A stretch of DNA of 64,000 nt from Tissierellia bacterium (GTDB lineage: Bacteria; Bacillota; Clostridia; Tissierellales; Peptoniphilaceae): contig JAUNVF010000002.1 of NCBI GenBank assembly GCA_030537815.1, positions 4,349 to 68,348 of the forward strand. The letters are read 5' to 3'. The translations under genes were made by a program, and so were the position numbers. Positions within the stretch are counted from its first letter, which is position 1, and each line of letters starts with the position of its first letter. The notes beneath the pieces were generated by a model, which did not search any database, was not told where the DNA came from, and saw only the letters and a program-made list of their open reading frames with translations. This document shows positions 8,049 through 17,919 of the stretch, one piece after another.

Positions 8049-9440
8049 TTATTTTGATAATTCTATTTCGGTTCTGATTTTATTTCTATGGCTCACAAAT
8101 TTAATTATTCCATATCCAATTGCTATTATATCGCAGATTAATTGGACAAACCAAATTCCATTTGCTCCGAAGATTGCAGGAATTATAAAAATCAATGGTG
8201 TAAATAAAAGTACATTTCTGCCAACTATGATTACTCCTGCCGTCTTTGCATCGCCGATTGATTGGAAATAGACTCCAAGCATAACCATTACTCCGTATAA
8301 GAAAAAAGTCGAGAAAAATATTCTCATTGGTATTATACCCTCGCTGACGAGTGATGGATCTTTTATAAAGAGAGAAATTATATTTTTAGTAAAAACTTGA
8401 ATTGGGAGGAAGAATAAAATTGCCAAAAACAAAGAAGAGTAAATGAATTCTTTGCTCCCTTTAAGAAGTCTTTTATATTCTTTTGCACCGTAATTTGTTC
8501 CTACATATGGCTGAAAACCTTGAGACATCCCCCATAATGGTACAAATGCGAACATTTGGATCCTGAGAAATGCAGACATTAAGATCATAAAATTCTCTCC
8601 GCCGTATTGGCTTGAAACTCTATAAAAAAGCAATTGTTGAACCATTGCAAAAAGCTGCATAATCATAGCTGTTACGCCGACTGCGAGTATTGGCTTGGTC
8701 AGTTCTTTTGTAACAGTTGGCTTTGAAAGATGCAGTGGCCCTCTCGATTTGCTGAAAAATATTATTGTCAATACGACTTGAATAAATTGCGATATTAGAG
8801 TTGCATAAGCGACGCTCTTCACTCCTGCCAGTGGAAATGCGATAATAAATATGGGGTCGAGAATGATATTTATGATTGCGCCCGTTCCCATTATCATCAT
8901 AGCCTTAACCATTCTTCCTTCTCCACGAATCAGCATATTGGAAGCTTGAGTATAGTTTACTAAAACAGAGCCAAGAAAAATCAATTTACAATATTCTATT
9001 GATTGAGAAAGAATCGAACCCTCGGCTCCACTCAGTCTTAGGATTTTTTCTGCTCCCAAATAGCCTATGACTGTCGTGATAATCGATACGGCTATTATAT
9101 AGAAGCTTACTGTAGGGAGAACGGCATAACTTTTTTCTTTGTCTTTAGCACCTATCGCGCGGCTGAGAACTGATGCTCCGCCGATTCCAAATAGGGTCGC
9201 CATTCCATTATTTATCAAAGTTACGGGATATGCTATTCCTATGGCTGCCATGGCTTCTTTGCTTATCATTTGTCCGGCATAGACGCTATCCATAAAAGTA
9301 TATAGAGCTATTACTATCATACCGATAATCCCGGGAATGCATAGATTTACTATTAAGCTTCCGGTCGATTTAGTCAAAAGCCATTCTCGCCTTTCGTCGT
9401 CTTTGTTTATCTTAATTTCATCTTCTCGATTGTATTTCAT
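8049..9440 (-). CDS. MATE family efflux transporter (MepA-like)
   Basis: About 12 TM; ALYTFMDSVYAG, NIILDPIFI and QGFQPYVGTNYGAK MATE motifs. Confidence 0.9.
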   Translation of the reverse strand: MKYNREDEIKINKDDERREWLLTKSTGSLIVNLCIPGIIGMIVIALYTFMDSVYAGQMISKEAMAAIGIAYPVTLINNGMATLFGIGGASVLSRAIGAKDKEKSYAVLPTVSFYIIAVSIITTVIGYLGAEKILRLSGAEGSILSQSIEYCKLIFLGSVLVNYTQASNMLIRGEGRMVKAMMIMGTGAIINIILDPIFIIAFPLAGVKSVAYATLISQFIQVVLTIIFFSKSRGPLHLSKPTVTKELTKPILAVGVTAMIMQLFAMVQQLLFYRVSSQYGGENFMILMSAFLRIQMFAFVPLWGMSQGFQPYVGTNYGAKEYKRLLKGSKEFIYSSLFLAILFFLPIQVFTKNIISLFIKDPSLVSEGIIPMRIFFSTFFLYGVMVMLGVYFQSIGDAKTAGVIIVGRNVLLFTPLIFIIPAIFGANGIWFVQLICDIIAIGYGIIKFVSHRNKIRTEIELSK

Positions 9441-9614
9441 AATTTCCCCTTTTAATATAATAATTATTAATAATTTATTATATTATCGCTATAAATTCAA
9501 CTCCAAAACCAAAGTCCAAGTTTTAAGAGAATGGGAAATAAATATAAAAAGATGCCAGTAAGGAATTTGTTTTACCGACATCTCATAAATAAAATTAATT
9601 TACTCACTTTAATT

Positions 9615-12140
9615 TTATTTCTTTTTAGATTTCTTTTTATTTTTTTTAATTATGACAAGTATTATTATGAGGACTAAAAATGCTAGAATAAAGATAAATA
9701 ATTTAAAATTCTTTGTTGAAAATAATGATTCTTTAGATTTTTCAGGCTTATATTTATCTTTTCCAATGATCTCGTCTCTCATATTTTTTATCTCGAGATA
9801 TCCTTCATCATTTGAGGAAATCTTTATTGTATCCAAATCTTCATCTAAATCCACTACAGCTATATCTTTTGAATTTTCTCCAATTTTCTCTGACTTAATT
9901 TCAGAATTACCAAGGCCGCCATCTCTGTTTAGAATTACCTCGTCATCGCTTATCCTTCCTTTGAGATGATTATAAGAATCAGAATAAAGGCTGACTTTCT
10001 CATCTGTATTTTGAACCGAGACCTCATTTCCAATGGAAATTAAGTCTTCGTATTCATCTATTTGACCTTCTTTTTGTATTTCAAAACTGCCGTCTGAATT
10101 CCAATCTATTCTATTTATATCATCATCTTCTATTTTCACAAAGCTGTATTTTGTGACTATTGTGGAGACCAAAGGCCTTTGAGATTTTATTATATAGTCG
10201 TCTTTTTCAAGTTCAACTTGTATTTTATCTTCCATTTCAAGCACGGGTTTGACTTTTAATCCAAAATTCTTTCCATTAATTCTCCCGTATTTGATAAATA
10301 CTATATCTCCTTTTGAATTCTCAAAAGAGATTTCATTATCTCTGAAAGTTATAAAATAGACCTTATTATCGCCAATCCAATTTATATTTTTATAGCTATA
10401 ATCCCTTTCAATATCTTTTTCGTCTTCCGAAGCTGCCTTAATATCGTCGGAAAATAAAGCGCCAAAATACGAGTCGAGGGTATTACTGACGAGGGATCTG
10501 AGTCTTGGATTATCTTCGTAAACTGTTTTATCGTCTGAAGAGACAAAAACTACATTTTCAAGATCATTTGTAATATAAATATAGCTCAGATCTAAATTAT
10601 TTGGATCTTTTATCTTTAATTTCTTTGAAAACTTAAGCTCTCCAATCATCTTATCAGTTTCTTCAAGCCCAAAAGCCAAAATACTGTGGCTCAAATCGGA
10701 GTTATTTATATAATAGGAAAGCACCTGATAATTATTTCCGGCTTCAAATTCATCGATTAGCTCTGTCAATAATTCCTTATTGTTTTCATATTCTTTTGGT
10801 GCAAGTATCATATAAGAAGCTTGCAATGTATTTATTATATTTTTTGTATCTTCATCTTCTCTTGGATATGGAACAGAAGATAGGGAGGAGTAGCTTTTAA
10901 AATCGAATCCGTCCTTCATTAGTTTTGCCATTGAGGATATCCCATAGCAGCTACCGCTCCATTTGCTATTTTCATAATCTTCAATATAGCTCAAAAGATA
11001 GGGGCTGACTTTTGAAACTTCTTTTTTAAATTCGTATAATATTTCTTTATAGTCGACTAAGTCGTCTTGATTGAAAAAATCTTTTACCATATTTAAAAAT
11101 TTAAAAAAGTCTTCATTTTTAATTTCCTTATCTTTATTAAAACTAAAGTCATATCTTCCTGATATGCTTTTAAGTGCTTTTTTATTTTCTTCTTGAATTC
11201 TTTTTTTGTCTGCTTTCCTTTCTTCCTCAATTTTCTTTTTCTCTTCTTCTTCTTTTTTTAGCTTTTCTTCCTCGATTTTCTTTTTTTCTTCTTCAATTTT
11301 TCGGTTTTCTTCAATTATTATCGCCTGTTTTTCATCATATTGCCTTTGGAGATTGTCTATATAATTATTTGCATAATTGTTGAATTCTTCTTTAGATATT
11401 TCTTCAGGATAAATTATTTCCAAGCTATTAAGTAGATTTTCGTAATCTTCTAAGGTATTCGGTTCTTTAGATGCATCGACTATAAAAGTTCCCGTAAGAT
11501 GATTTGCTCCTTTATCAGAGCTATGATTGGGATTACTAGTATTAAGCAATTCTTCTGTATATCCCTTCTCCGGACCTGCATAATGATGAGCCGTAGCAAA
11601 TCCTTTGTAATTTTGTCCGTAGCAATAATTTATCAGGGGAAAGCCATCTACATTTGAAATTTTAAATATATAATTTGAAATTCTATCATCATATGCTTCA
11701 CCCTGAGTAAAGTATAGACTTCCATCATTTGCGCTTTTATAAAGATGAGAGTTTTGACTTCTTTCAGTTTGTGCTATCATACCAAGGTTCCCTGTTTCTC
11801 CATTACCCAAATAAGAGACCAATGCGACAATGGGTGGTAAATCCGCAGCACCTGGTGATTCGAGATGAAGTATAGGATAGTCAAAGTCAGGCGAGTCAAC
11901 AAGGCTGTAACTTACGGGCCACATAGGCTCACTATCACTTATATATTTTGCGCTAGTATAGTCAGTGAGATACTCATGTCTATAGGGTCTTTCACTATTA
12001 AGTATTTGTCTATATACCTCTACCCAACTTTGATCTTCTAATGCTTTCGGCATTTGAATCTCATTTAATTCAGATGCAAATGAAATATTTGACAAAAGAA
12101 TTAAAAAAATTAGTAAAACGATTACATATCTCTTATTCAT
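9615..12140 (-). CDS. Secreted, C-terminally membrane-anchored protein with a putative papain-like (Cys-His-Asp) domain
   Basis: Signal peptide (...ISFA|SE), E/K coiled coil, WSGSCYGISS, SHSILAFG, IKDPN, C-terminal TM plus poly-Lys tail; RBS AGGAGG. Confidence 0.6.
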   Translation of the reverse strand: MNKRYVIVLLIFLILLSNISFASELNEIQMPKALEDQSWVEVYRQILNSERPYRHEYLTDYTSAKYISDSEPMWPVSYSLVDSPDFDYPILHLESPGAADLPPIVALVSYLGNGETGNLGMIAQTERSQNSHLYKSANDGSLYFTQGEAYDDRISNYIFKISNVDGFPLINYCYGQNYKGFATAHHYAGPEKGYTEELLNTSNPNHSSDKGANHLTGTFIVDASKEPNTLEDYENLLNSLEIIYPEEISKEEFNNYANNYIDNLQRQYDEKQAIIIEENRKIEEEKKKIEEEKLKKEEEEKKKIEEERKADKKRIQEENKKALKSISGRYDFSFNKDKEIKNEDFFKFLNMVKDFFNQDDLVDYKEILYEFKKEVSKVSPYLLSYIEDYENSKWSGSCYGISSMAKLMKDGFDFKSYSSLSSVPYPREDEDTKNIINTLQASYMILAPKEYENNKELLTELIDEFEAGNNYQVLSYYINNSDLSHSILAFGLEETDKMIGELKFSKKLKIKDPNNLDLSYIYITNDLENVVFVSSDDKTVYEDNPRLRSLVSNTLDSYFGALFSDDIKAASEDEKDIERDYSYKNINWIGDNKVYFITFRDNEISFENSKGDIVFIKYGRINGKNFGLKVKPVLEMEDKIQVELEKDDYIIKSQRPLVSTIVTKYSFVKIEDDDINRIDWNSDGSFEIQKEGQIDEYEDLISIGNEVSVQNTDEKVSLYSDSYNHLKGRISDDEVILNRDGGLGNSEIKSEKIGENSKDIAVVDLDEDLDTIKISSNDEGYLEIKNMRDEIIGKDKYKPEKSKESLFSTKNFKLFIFILAFLVLIIILVIIKKNKKKSKKK

Positions 12141-12405
12141 TTGATTCCTCCTAATTTATTTTTAACTACAATTAATTAGAGATAATAAAAATGATATTAG
12201 AATGATTTTAACATATAAAATTATTTGTATCAAAAATTGAATAAACTACTTTCACAATAATTTTTAATTATCTCAAGTCTTATTGGCGATTATAATTCTA
12301 TATTAGACTTGTCTCGATTTCTACTAATTAAGTTCAAAAAGAATGAGAAATCATATATAATTAAAATGAGATAAAATTAAGCGGAGATTAATCAGGAGGG
12401 ATTAT

Positions 12406-13335
12406 ATGATAATTACGATTACTGCAAATCCGTCTATAGATATGTCTTATATACTCGATGAATTGAAAGAGGATGATATCAATAGGACTGACAAGGTTAA
12501 CAAGACAGCAGGCGGAAAGGGATTAAATGTTTCGAAAGTATTGACGCTACTCGGTGCTGATGTCCTCGCCATGGGTTTTTTGGGAGGAAAGAACGGAGAA
12601 TTCATTGAAGACGAATTAAAAGAAAGAGGGATAAAATCAAATTTCGTAAAGATTAAAGAGGCTTCAAGAAATTGCATTGCATTATTATATGATGACAATC
12701 AAACGGAAATCCTAGAGGCTGGACCAAATATAAGCGAAGATGAGCAAAAAGAAATATTTAAAAAACTGGAAGAAATCGAGATTCCGGAATTTGTTTGTAT
12801 GTCCGGAGGGCTTGCAAGAGGCTTGGATAAGGGATTTTATGCGGATATTGTAGAAATAGTAAACAAAATGGGATCTAAAGCTGTTGTGGATACATCAGGT
12901 GATTCTCTCAAAGAAATATTTAAAAGAGATGAGCTACCGTATATGTTAAAGCCTAATCTAGAGGAACTTGAGGCGCTTCTCGGAAAGAGCATCGGAAAAG
13001 ATACAAATAGAATGGTCGCTATATTAAAAGAGGGGAAACTTGCAGAACTTCCCAATATTTTGGTGAGCTTAGGTTCTGACGGAGCGATAGCGAGATTTGG
13101 AGATAAATTGTACAGGGCATATCTACCGAAAGTAAAAGTAGTCAGCCCTGTCGGAAGCGGCGACTCGACTGTTGCGGGTTTTGTATACGCATCTTCAAAG
13201 GGCAAGGACGATATTGATATACTTAAAACCGCCATGGCATGTGGAGTCTTAAATGCCATGCAGATGGAAACAGGATATATCGATATAAAAGACTTTGATG
13301 ATATTTTCAATAAGATAGAAGTAGAAATTATTTAA
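12406..13335 (+). CDS. lacC: 1-phosphofructokinase-family hexose kinase, tagatose-6-phosphate kinase-like
   Basis: ITANPSIDMSY, KTAGGKGLNV, KPNLEEL and VSPVGSGDSTVAG PfkB motifs; the N-terminus resembles LacC. Confidence 0.75.
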   Translation: MIITITANPSIDMSYILDELKEDDINRTDKVNKTAGGKGLNVSKVLTLLGADVLAMGFLGGKNGEFIEDELKERGIKSNFVKIKEASRNCIALLYDDNQTEILEAGPNISEDEQKEIFKKLEEIEIPEFVCMSGGLARGLDKGFYADIVEIVNKMGSKAVVDTSGDSLKEIFKRDELPYMLKPNLEELEALLGKSIGKDTNRMVAILKEGKLAELPNILVSLGSDGAIARFGDKLYRAYLPKVKVVSPVGSGDSTVAGFVYASSKGKDDIDILKTAMACGVLNAMQMETGYIDIKDFDDIFNKIEVEII

Positions 13336-13342
13336 GGATCCT

Positions 13343-13380
13343 GAGACTATCATAGGATTTCTTATGATGGTCTCTTTTTT
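13343..13380 (+). terminator. Rho-independent terminator
   Basis: GAGACTATCATA...TATGATGGTCTC followed by TTTTTT. Confidence 0.8.
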
Positions 13381-13428
13381 AAAAATCGAATGGAAATTAA
13401 ATTTTGTATTTTATCGATGATATTATAA

Positions 13429-13920
13429 AAATACTCATTAGACGGTGAAGATATATGTAAATTAAATAGTGAGTACGCTTTCTCAAAGATTTCAAATTTA
13501 ATAAAAAGCGATGATAATCTGCTTGAATTTGAAATTCATCCTGAATTTGGAGAAGGAAAGATTTCGATGTATAGGATTATCGATGGCCTTTACTTGATGT
13601 TTAGCAATTGTATTTATAATATGGATACTAATGATGAGCAGTATAAGGCTTTTCAATCGAGAGGTTTTTGCTTTTATAAAATGATAGAGGGAAAGTCTTT
13701 TATAGAATTGCTTGATAATAATTTGAAAAAGAAGACTGCGATAATTTCAAAAGGAGACTTTGTAAATTATTCTAAACTCCAAAATGATATTATTATTTCA
13801 GCAAAACAGTATAGCAATAATATATTTGCGATTGGATTGATGGGATATTTTGACGATTTGATCAATTCACTTTCAGAAATAAATTTTGATATTGATTTAT
13901 TTGTCGATTATATGAATTGA
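13429..13920 (+). pseudogene. Truncated AraC-family (PchR/YbtA-like) regulator, N-terminal part only
   Basis: EFEIHPEFGEGKISMYRIIDGLYLMFSN resembles the N-terminal sensing domain of these regulators; no clean start codon, and no HTH before the stop at 13920. Confidence 0.5.
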
Positions 13921-14066
13921 TTAAAAATTTGGCAAAAACAAAAAATATAATTATAATTTCACATGATATTGAATTCATAAATATCTCTTGTGATAGAGTT
14001 ATAGATCTCAGCGTATTAAATAAAATTTCTAAAAACCTATATGAAAAGACGACTGGTATTCAATAA
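13908..14066 (+). pseudogene. C-terminal fragment of an ABC/ECF ATPase
   Basis: Another frame reads LYELIKNLAKTKNIIIISHDIEFINISCDRVIDL...*, an ABC H-loop segment with no upstream Walker motifs. Confidence 0.7.
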
Positions 14067-14221
14067 ATTTTGATAAATAAATAGCTTCAAAATGATTATT
14101 ATTTATGGTTTTGGTTTAGATGAAAATGAAAGGGAATATCAGAATTAATTAGCATTGGCGAGAAAGTGAATGGAATAATAAGTCTCGATATGAGATAGAA
14201 AATTCATCAAAGATAGAAATT

Positions 14222-14247
14222 AAAAAGTCCCCTCATGGGGATTTTTT
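14222..14247. terminator. Bidirectional terminator
   Basis: AAAAAGTCCCC-TCAT-GGGGATTTTTT. Confidence 0.7.
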
Positions 14248-14333
14248 ATATGAATGATGATTAGAACTGCTCTATAGTTTTATTTAAATAATTATTATTT
14301 AAAAATTAAGATTAAATATATATCTTTTTGATA

Positions 14334-14528
14334 TTATTTTTTTATCTTGTCGACTAAGATAGACGAAACTAATAGTATAAATGCTATAAATGCGAAAGGC
14401 CTTCCGGTATTGGCTGGGCAGACTCCCTTTGGAAGATTGATAAAATTATATATTAAAATCAAAACAGAAATCGCAACAAATAATAGGCCTGCAAAAAAAA
14501 GATAACTTGATAATTTTTTTCTATCCAA
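14334..14528 (-). CDS. Small two-TM membrane protein, unknown function
   Basis: 64 aa, two hydrophobic helices around a PKGVCP loop; RBS AAGGTGGTGAGG before TTG. Confidence 0.65.
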   Translation of the reverse strand: MDRKKLSSYLFFAGLLFVAISVLILIYNFINLPKGVCPANTGRPFAFIAFILLVSSILVDKIKK

Positions 14529-14820
14529 ATCCTCACCACCTTTTCAATAATTATATCATATTTTTAAATAAATATATGAGGATTTTTGCTCTTTAAGATT
14601 TGTTTATAAATTATGGAATCATATTAGAAAAATAAAATAGATTATGCCTTTTGTGGTTTATTATGGTATTCAGAAAATCTATTGATTATCTTAAATAAAA
14701 AAATCCTAATTTTTCATTAGAATTCTAAATTTATCTCATTATAAATCGACTTTGATTTATTTATTTGAATTTGTATGGGTATAAACTATAATATAATCGA
14801 TACAGATCAATTTGATTTAA

Positions 14821-14897
14821 TGGTCGGGGTGAAAGGATTTGAACCTTCGGCCTCATCGTCCCGAACGATGCGCGCTACCAAGCTGCGCCACACCCCG
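14821..14897 (-). tRNA. tRNA-Pro (anticodon CGG)
   Basis: Minus strand CGGGGTG...TGGCGCAGCTTGGTAGCGC...CATCG-TTCGGGA-CGATG...GGTTCAAATCC...CACCCCG-ACCA: full cloverleaf with encoded CCA. Confidence 0.97.
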
Positions 14898-14967
14898 ATA
14901 CGATAATATTATAAGGCAGTTAATTTTAAAAATCAAGTGATTTAGTCTTATTTAATTAGGAGGACAT

Positions 14968-15531
14968 ATGTTAAGTGAAATAAGAATCAAAACAGAAGAA
15001 GCTATTAAAGAACTCGTTGAAATAGCCGAGATGAGAGAGAATGATATTTTCGTAATCGGAGCTAGCACGAGTGAGATTCAAGGGAGTAGAATCGGAAAAA
15101 ATTCAAATATCGAAATTGGTGAGGCGGTAATCGAAACGGCATTGTCTGTCCTAAGGCCGATGGGCATCTATCTCGCCGTTCAGGGTTGTGAACATATTAA
15201 TAGGGCATTAGTTATAGAGAGGGAAGCAGCTGAAAGATACGGGTTTGAAGAGGTAACTGTGAAACCTGCTTTACATGCCGGTGGAGCTTGTAGCCTTTCG
15301 GCTTATAAGATGGCAAATGATCCCGTGATGATAGAACATATAGTGGCAAAGGCCGGTTTAGATATAGGAGATACATCGATAGGAATGCATATAAAATTCG
15401 TTCAGATTCCGGTCAGACTAAAGGTCAAAGAAATAGGGCAGGCACATATATCTGCACTAAAGTCCAGACCAAAGCTAATTGGAGGTCCGAGGGCTGATTA
15501 TCCTGAGATGAAAAATAAAAAAGATTCTTAA
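14968..15531 (+). CDS. TIGR01440/DUF436 (YwlG/UPF0340) family protein
   Basis: [39 protein letters not shown] and RPKLIGG.RA motifs. Confidence 0.9.
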   Translation: MLSEIRIKTEEAIKELVEIAEMRENDIFVIGASTSEIQGSRIGKNSNIEIGEAVIETALSVLRPMGIYLAVQGCEHINRALVIEREAAERYGFEEVTVKPALHAGGACSLSAYKMANDPVMIEHIVAKAGLDIGDTSIGMHIKFVQIPVRLKVKEIGQAHISALKSRPKLIGGPRADYPEMKNKKDS

Positions 15532-15590
15532 AAATTCATTTTGATTGATCAATCAGAATTAAAAACTGATGGCAAAAAGTTATCATGGTA

Positions 15591-15619
15591 TTAAAAGGCT
15601 CCTTTGAGGAGTCTTTTAA
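15591..15619 (+). terminator. Rho-independent terminator
   Basis: TTAAAAGGCTCCT-TTG-AGGAGTCTTTTAA. Confidence 0.7.
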
Positions 15620-15706
15620 ATTTTCGATTTTGATTTTTAGCTTGCATATCTTTTGTTTTCTGATAATATAAAATTGGAAATTTAGCTGAATTAAAAAGGA
15701 GTACAG

Positions 15707-17917
15707 ATGCTTAAAAATTTAAATGATAGACAATTGGAAGCTGTTACAAAGACTGAAGGTCCTATGCTCATTCTGGCAGGTGCTGGTAGTGGCAAGACCA
15801 AAGTTTTGACGACGAAGATAGCATATCTTATAGATGAGTTGGGAGTTGACAGTGGAAATATTCTCGCTATAACTTTTACAAATAAAGCTGCAAAAGAAAT
15901 GAAAGACAGGGTTCAAATTTTATTGGACAGACCTGTCGATTCTATGTGGATAGGGACATTTCACTCTATTTGCGTAAGGATTTTAAGAAGAAATGCGGGA
16001 AAGATAGGATATGATAATAATTTTACTATATATGACAGGGCAGATCAGCTGACATTGCTAAAGGAAGTCTATAAAGAGATGGAATTGAGCGACAAGGTGA
16101 TCAAGCCTTCAACTGCAATTTCCAAGATTTCAAAGGCAAAAAATGAAGCTGTAAAACCTGAGGAGTATACAGAGATATATGGAAATGACTTCTTGGAATT
16201 GAAGGTCGAGGAGATTTACAGCTTATATGAAGAAAAGAAAAAAGATAATAATTCATTTGATTTTGATGATTTGATTGTAAAGGCGATTGAGTTATTGAAT
16301 AAAGATGAGGATACTTTAAAATACTATCAAAATAAATTCAGATATGTTTTTGTAGATGAGTATCAGGATACGAATAGAACACAATATGAATTAGTCAGGC
16401 TATTTTCTGGACAGCATGGAAATATATGCGTTGTCGGAGATGGAGACCAATCTATTTACGGCTGGAGAGGCGCCGATATAAATAATATTTTGGATTTTGA
16501 AAAAGATTTTAATGGTGCAGATCTCGTTTTGCTTGAGGAGAATTATAGATCTACATCTGAGATTTTAAATGCCGCTAATAAGGTTATAAAAAAGAATTCA
16601 AAGAGAAAAGATAAAAATCTTTGGACATCGAGAGAGGGCGGTAAAAAACCTATTTACAAAGAAGTCAGCTCTGAAGACGGGGAAGCCAGAGCCATTGTAG
16701 AATGGATTGACCATCTCGTATACAATGGCGAGAATTTATCGGAAATGGCGATTTTGTACAGGACGAATGCCCAGTCGAGGCAATTCGAGGAGGCATTGGT
16801 ATATGCGCAAATTCCATATATGGTCGTCGGAGGATTGAGATTCTATGACAGAAAAGAGATCAAGGATATTTTGGCATATCTCAGGATTATAGTAAATCCC
16901 AAGGACGATATTTCTCTCAAGAGAATTATAAATGAGCCAAAGAGGGGGATTGGAGCTGCAAGTATTGAGAAATTAGAACAAGCAGCAGCTTCTGAATGGA
17001 TTTCGATAATGGAATTTATAGAGAAAGAGCCAGATTTTTTAAGCGGTCGAGCGGGAAAAGGAGTCTTGGAGTTTAAAAATATAATCGATAAGTCGCAGGA
17101 TTTCTTATCTGAGAACAGATTATCGGATGCCGTCAAGAAAATTATCGAAACTAGCGGGATGATCGATGAATTGAAGAGGGAAAATACGATTGAATCAAAG
17201 TCAAGGCTTGAAAATATCGAGAGCTTCATATCTGCGATAGGTAGTTATGAATCACAAAATCCGGGTGACGGTTTGGATGACTATTTGGCATCGGTATCTC
17301 TTATGTCGGATGTCGATAAAACTGACGAATCAAAGGGCGGAGTAAATTTGATGACTATTCATGCAGCGAAAGGGCTCGAGTACAAGACGATATTTCTAAC
17401 CGGAGTTGAAGAGGGAATTTTCCCGAGCAAGTTCTCAATGGAAGAGGATAATGTTGAAGAGGAGAGGAGATTATTTTATGTGGCAATCACAAGGGCAAAA
17501 GATAATCTGTATCTGACTTCGACTACCCTTAGAAGGCATTTCGGATCTCTTATGCCTTCGATTAAGTCGAGATTTATAGATGAACTTGAGGACAGTATCG
17601 AATTTGAGGAGGAGATACTTAGAAATACTTATTCGGGATCTGATGTTAAAAAGCAATTTGACGGATTTAAGACGATAGATAGGGAAAAGGAGAGAAATTA
17701 TTTAAAATACGATATCGAGGCGAGGAGAAAAAATCTTAAAAGGGTATCAAAAGATGATTTTAAGATGGGTGATAAGGTCAAACACAAAATCTTTGGAATA
17801 GGCACTATAATAAATGTTAAGGATGCAGATAATGGAAGTCTTGAACTGATGATTTCCTTTGAGAAAAAAGGATTGAAGAAATTAAGGTCGGATCTCGCTC
17901 CGATTGAGAGGTTATAA
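15707..17917 (+). CDS. pcrA: ATP-dependent DNA helicase PcrA
   Basis: LAGAGSGKT, VDEYQDTN, VGDGDQSIYGWRGA, EEERRLFYVAITRA, C-terminal Tudor-like domain; upstream of ligA. Confidence 0.97.
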   Translation: MLKNLNDRQLEAVTKTEGPMLILAGAGSGKTKVLTTKIAYLIDELGVDSGNILAITFTNKAAKEMKDRVQILLDRPVDSMWIGTFHSICVRILRRNAGKIGYDNNFTIYDRADQLTLLKEVYKEMELSDKVIKPSTAISKISKAKNEAVKPEEYTEIYGNDFLELKVEEIYSLYEEKKKDNNSFDFDDLIVKAIELLNKDEDTLKYYQNKFRYVFVDEYQDTNRTQYELVRLFSGQHGNICVVGDGDQSIYGWRGADINNILDFEKDFNGADLVLLEENYRSTSEILNAANKVIKKNSKRKDKNLWTSREGGKKPIYKEVSSEDGEARAIVEWIDHLVYNGENLSEMAILYRTNAQSRQFEEALVYAQIPYMVVGGLRFYDRKEIKDILAYLRIIVNPKDDISLKRIINEPKRGIGAASIEKLEQAAASEWISIMEFIEKEPDFLSGRAGKGVLEFKNIIDKSQDFLSENRLSDAVKKIIETSGMIDELKRENTIESKSRLENIESFISAIGSYESQNPGDGLDDYLASVSLMSDVDKTDESKGGVNLMTIHAAKGLEYKTIFLTGVEEGIFPSKFSMEEDNVEEERRLFYVAITRAKDNLYLTSTTLRRHFGSLMPSIKSRFIDELEDSIEFEEEILRNTYSGSDVKKQFDGFKTIDREKERNYLKYDIEARRKNLKRVSKDDFKMGDKVKHKIFGIGTIINVKDADNGSLELMISFEKKGLKKLRSDLAPIERL

Positions 17918-17919
17918 AT

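Noticed and set aside
11190-11320. Low-complexity TTC/TTT repeats (also near 45810-45900 and 60650-60780)
   Set aside because: They encode E/K-rich coiled coils or linkers and are not independent DNA repeats.
14100-14220. Purine-rich, gene-like fragment before the terminator at 14222
   Set aside because: Multiple stops and no recognisable motif; it could be another remnant but cannot be assigned.
14760-14820. att site or integrase at the tRNA-Pro 3' end
   Set aside because: No duplicated tRNA 3' segment or recombinase gene was found within the window.
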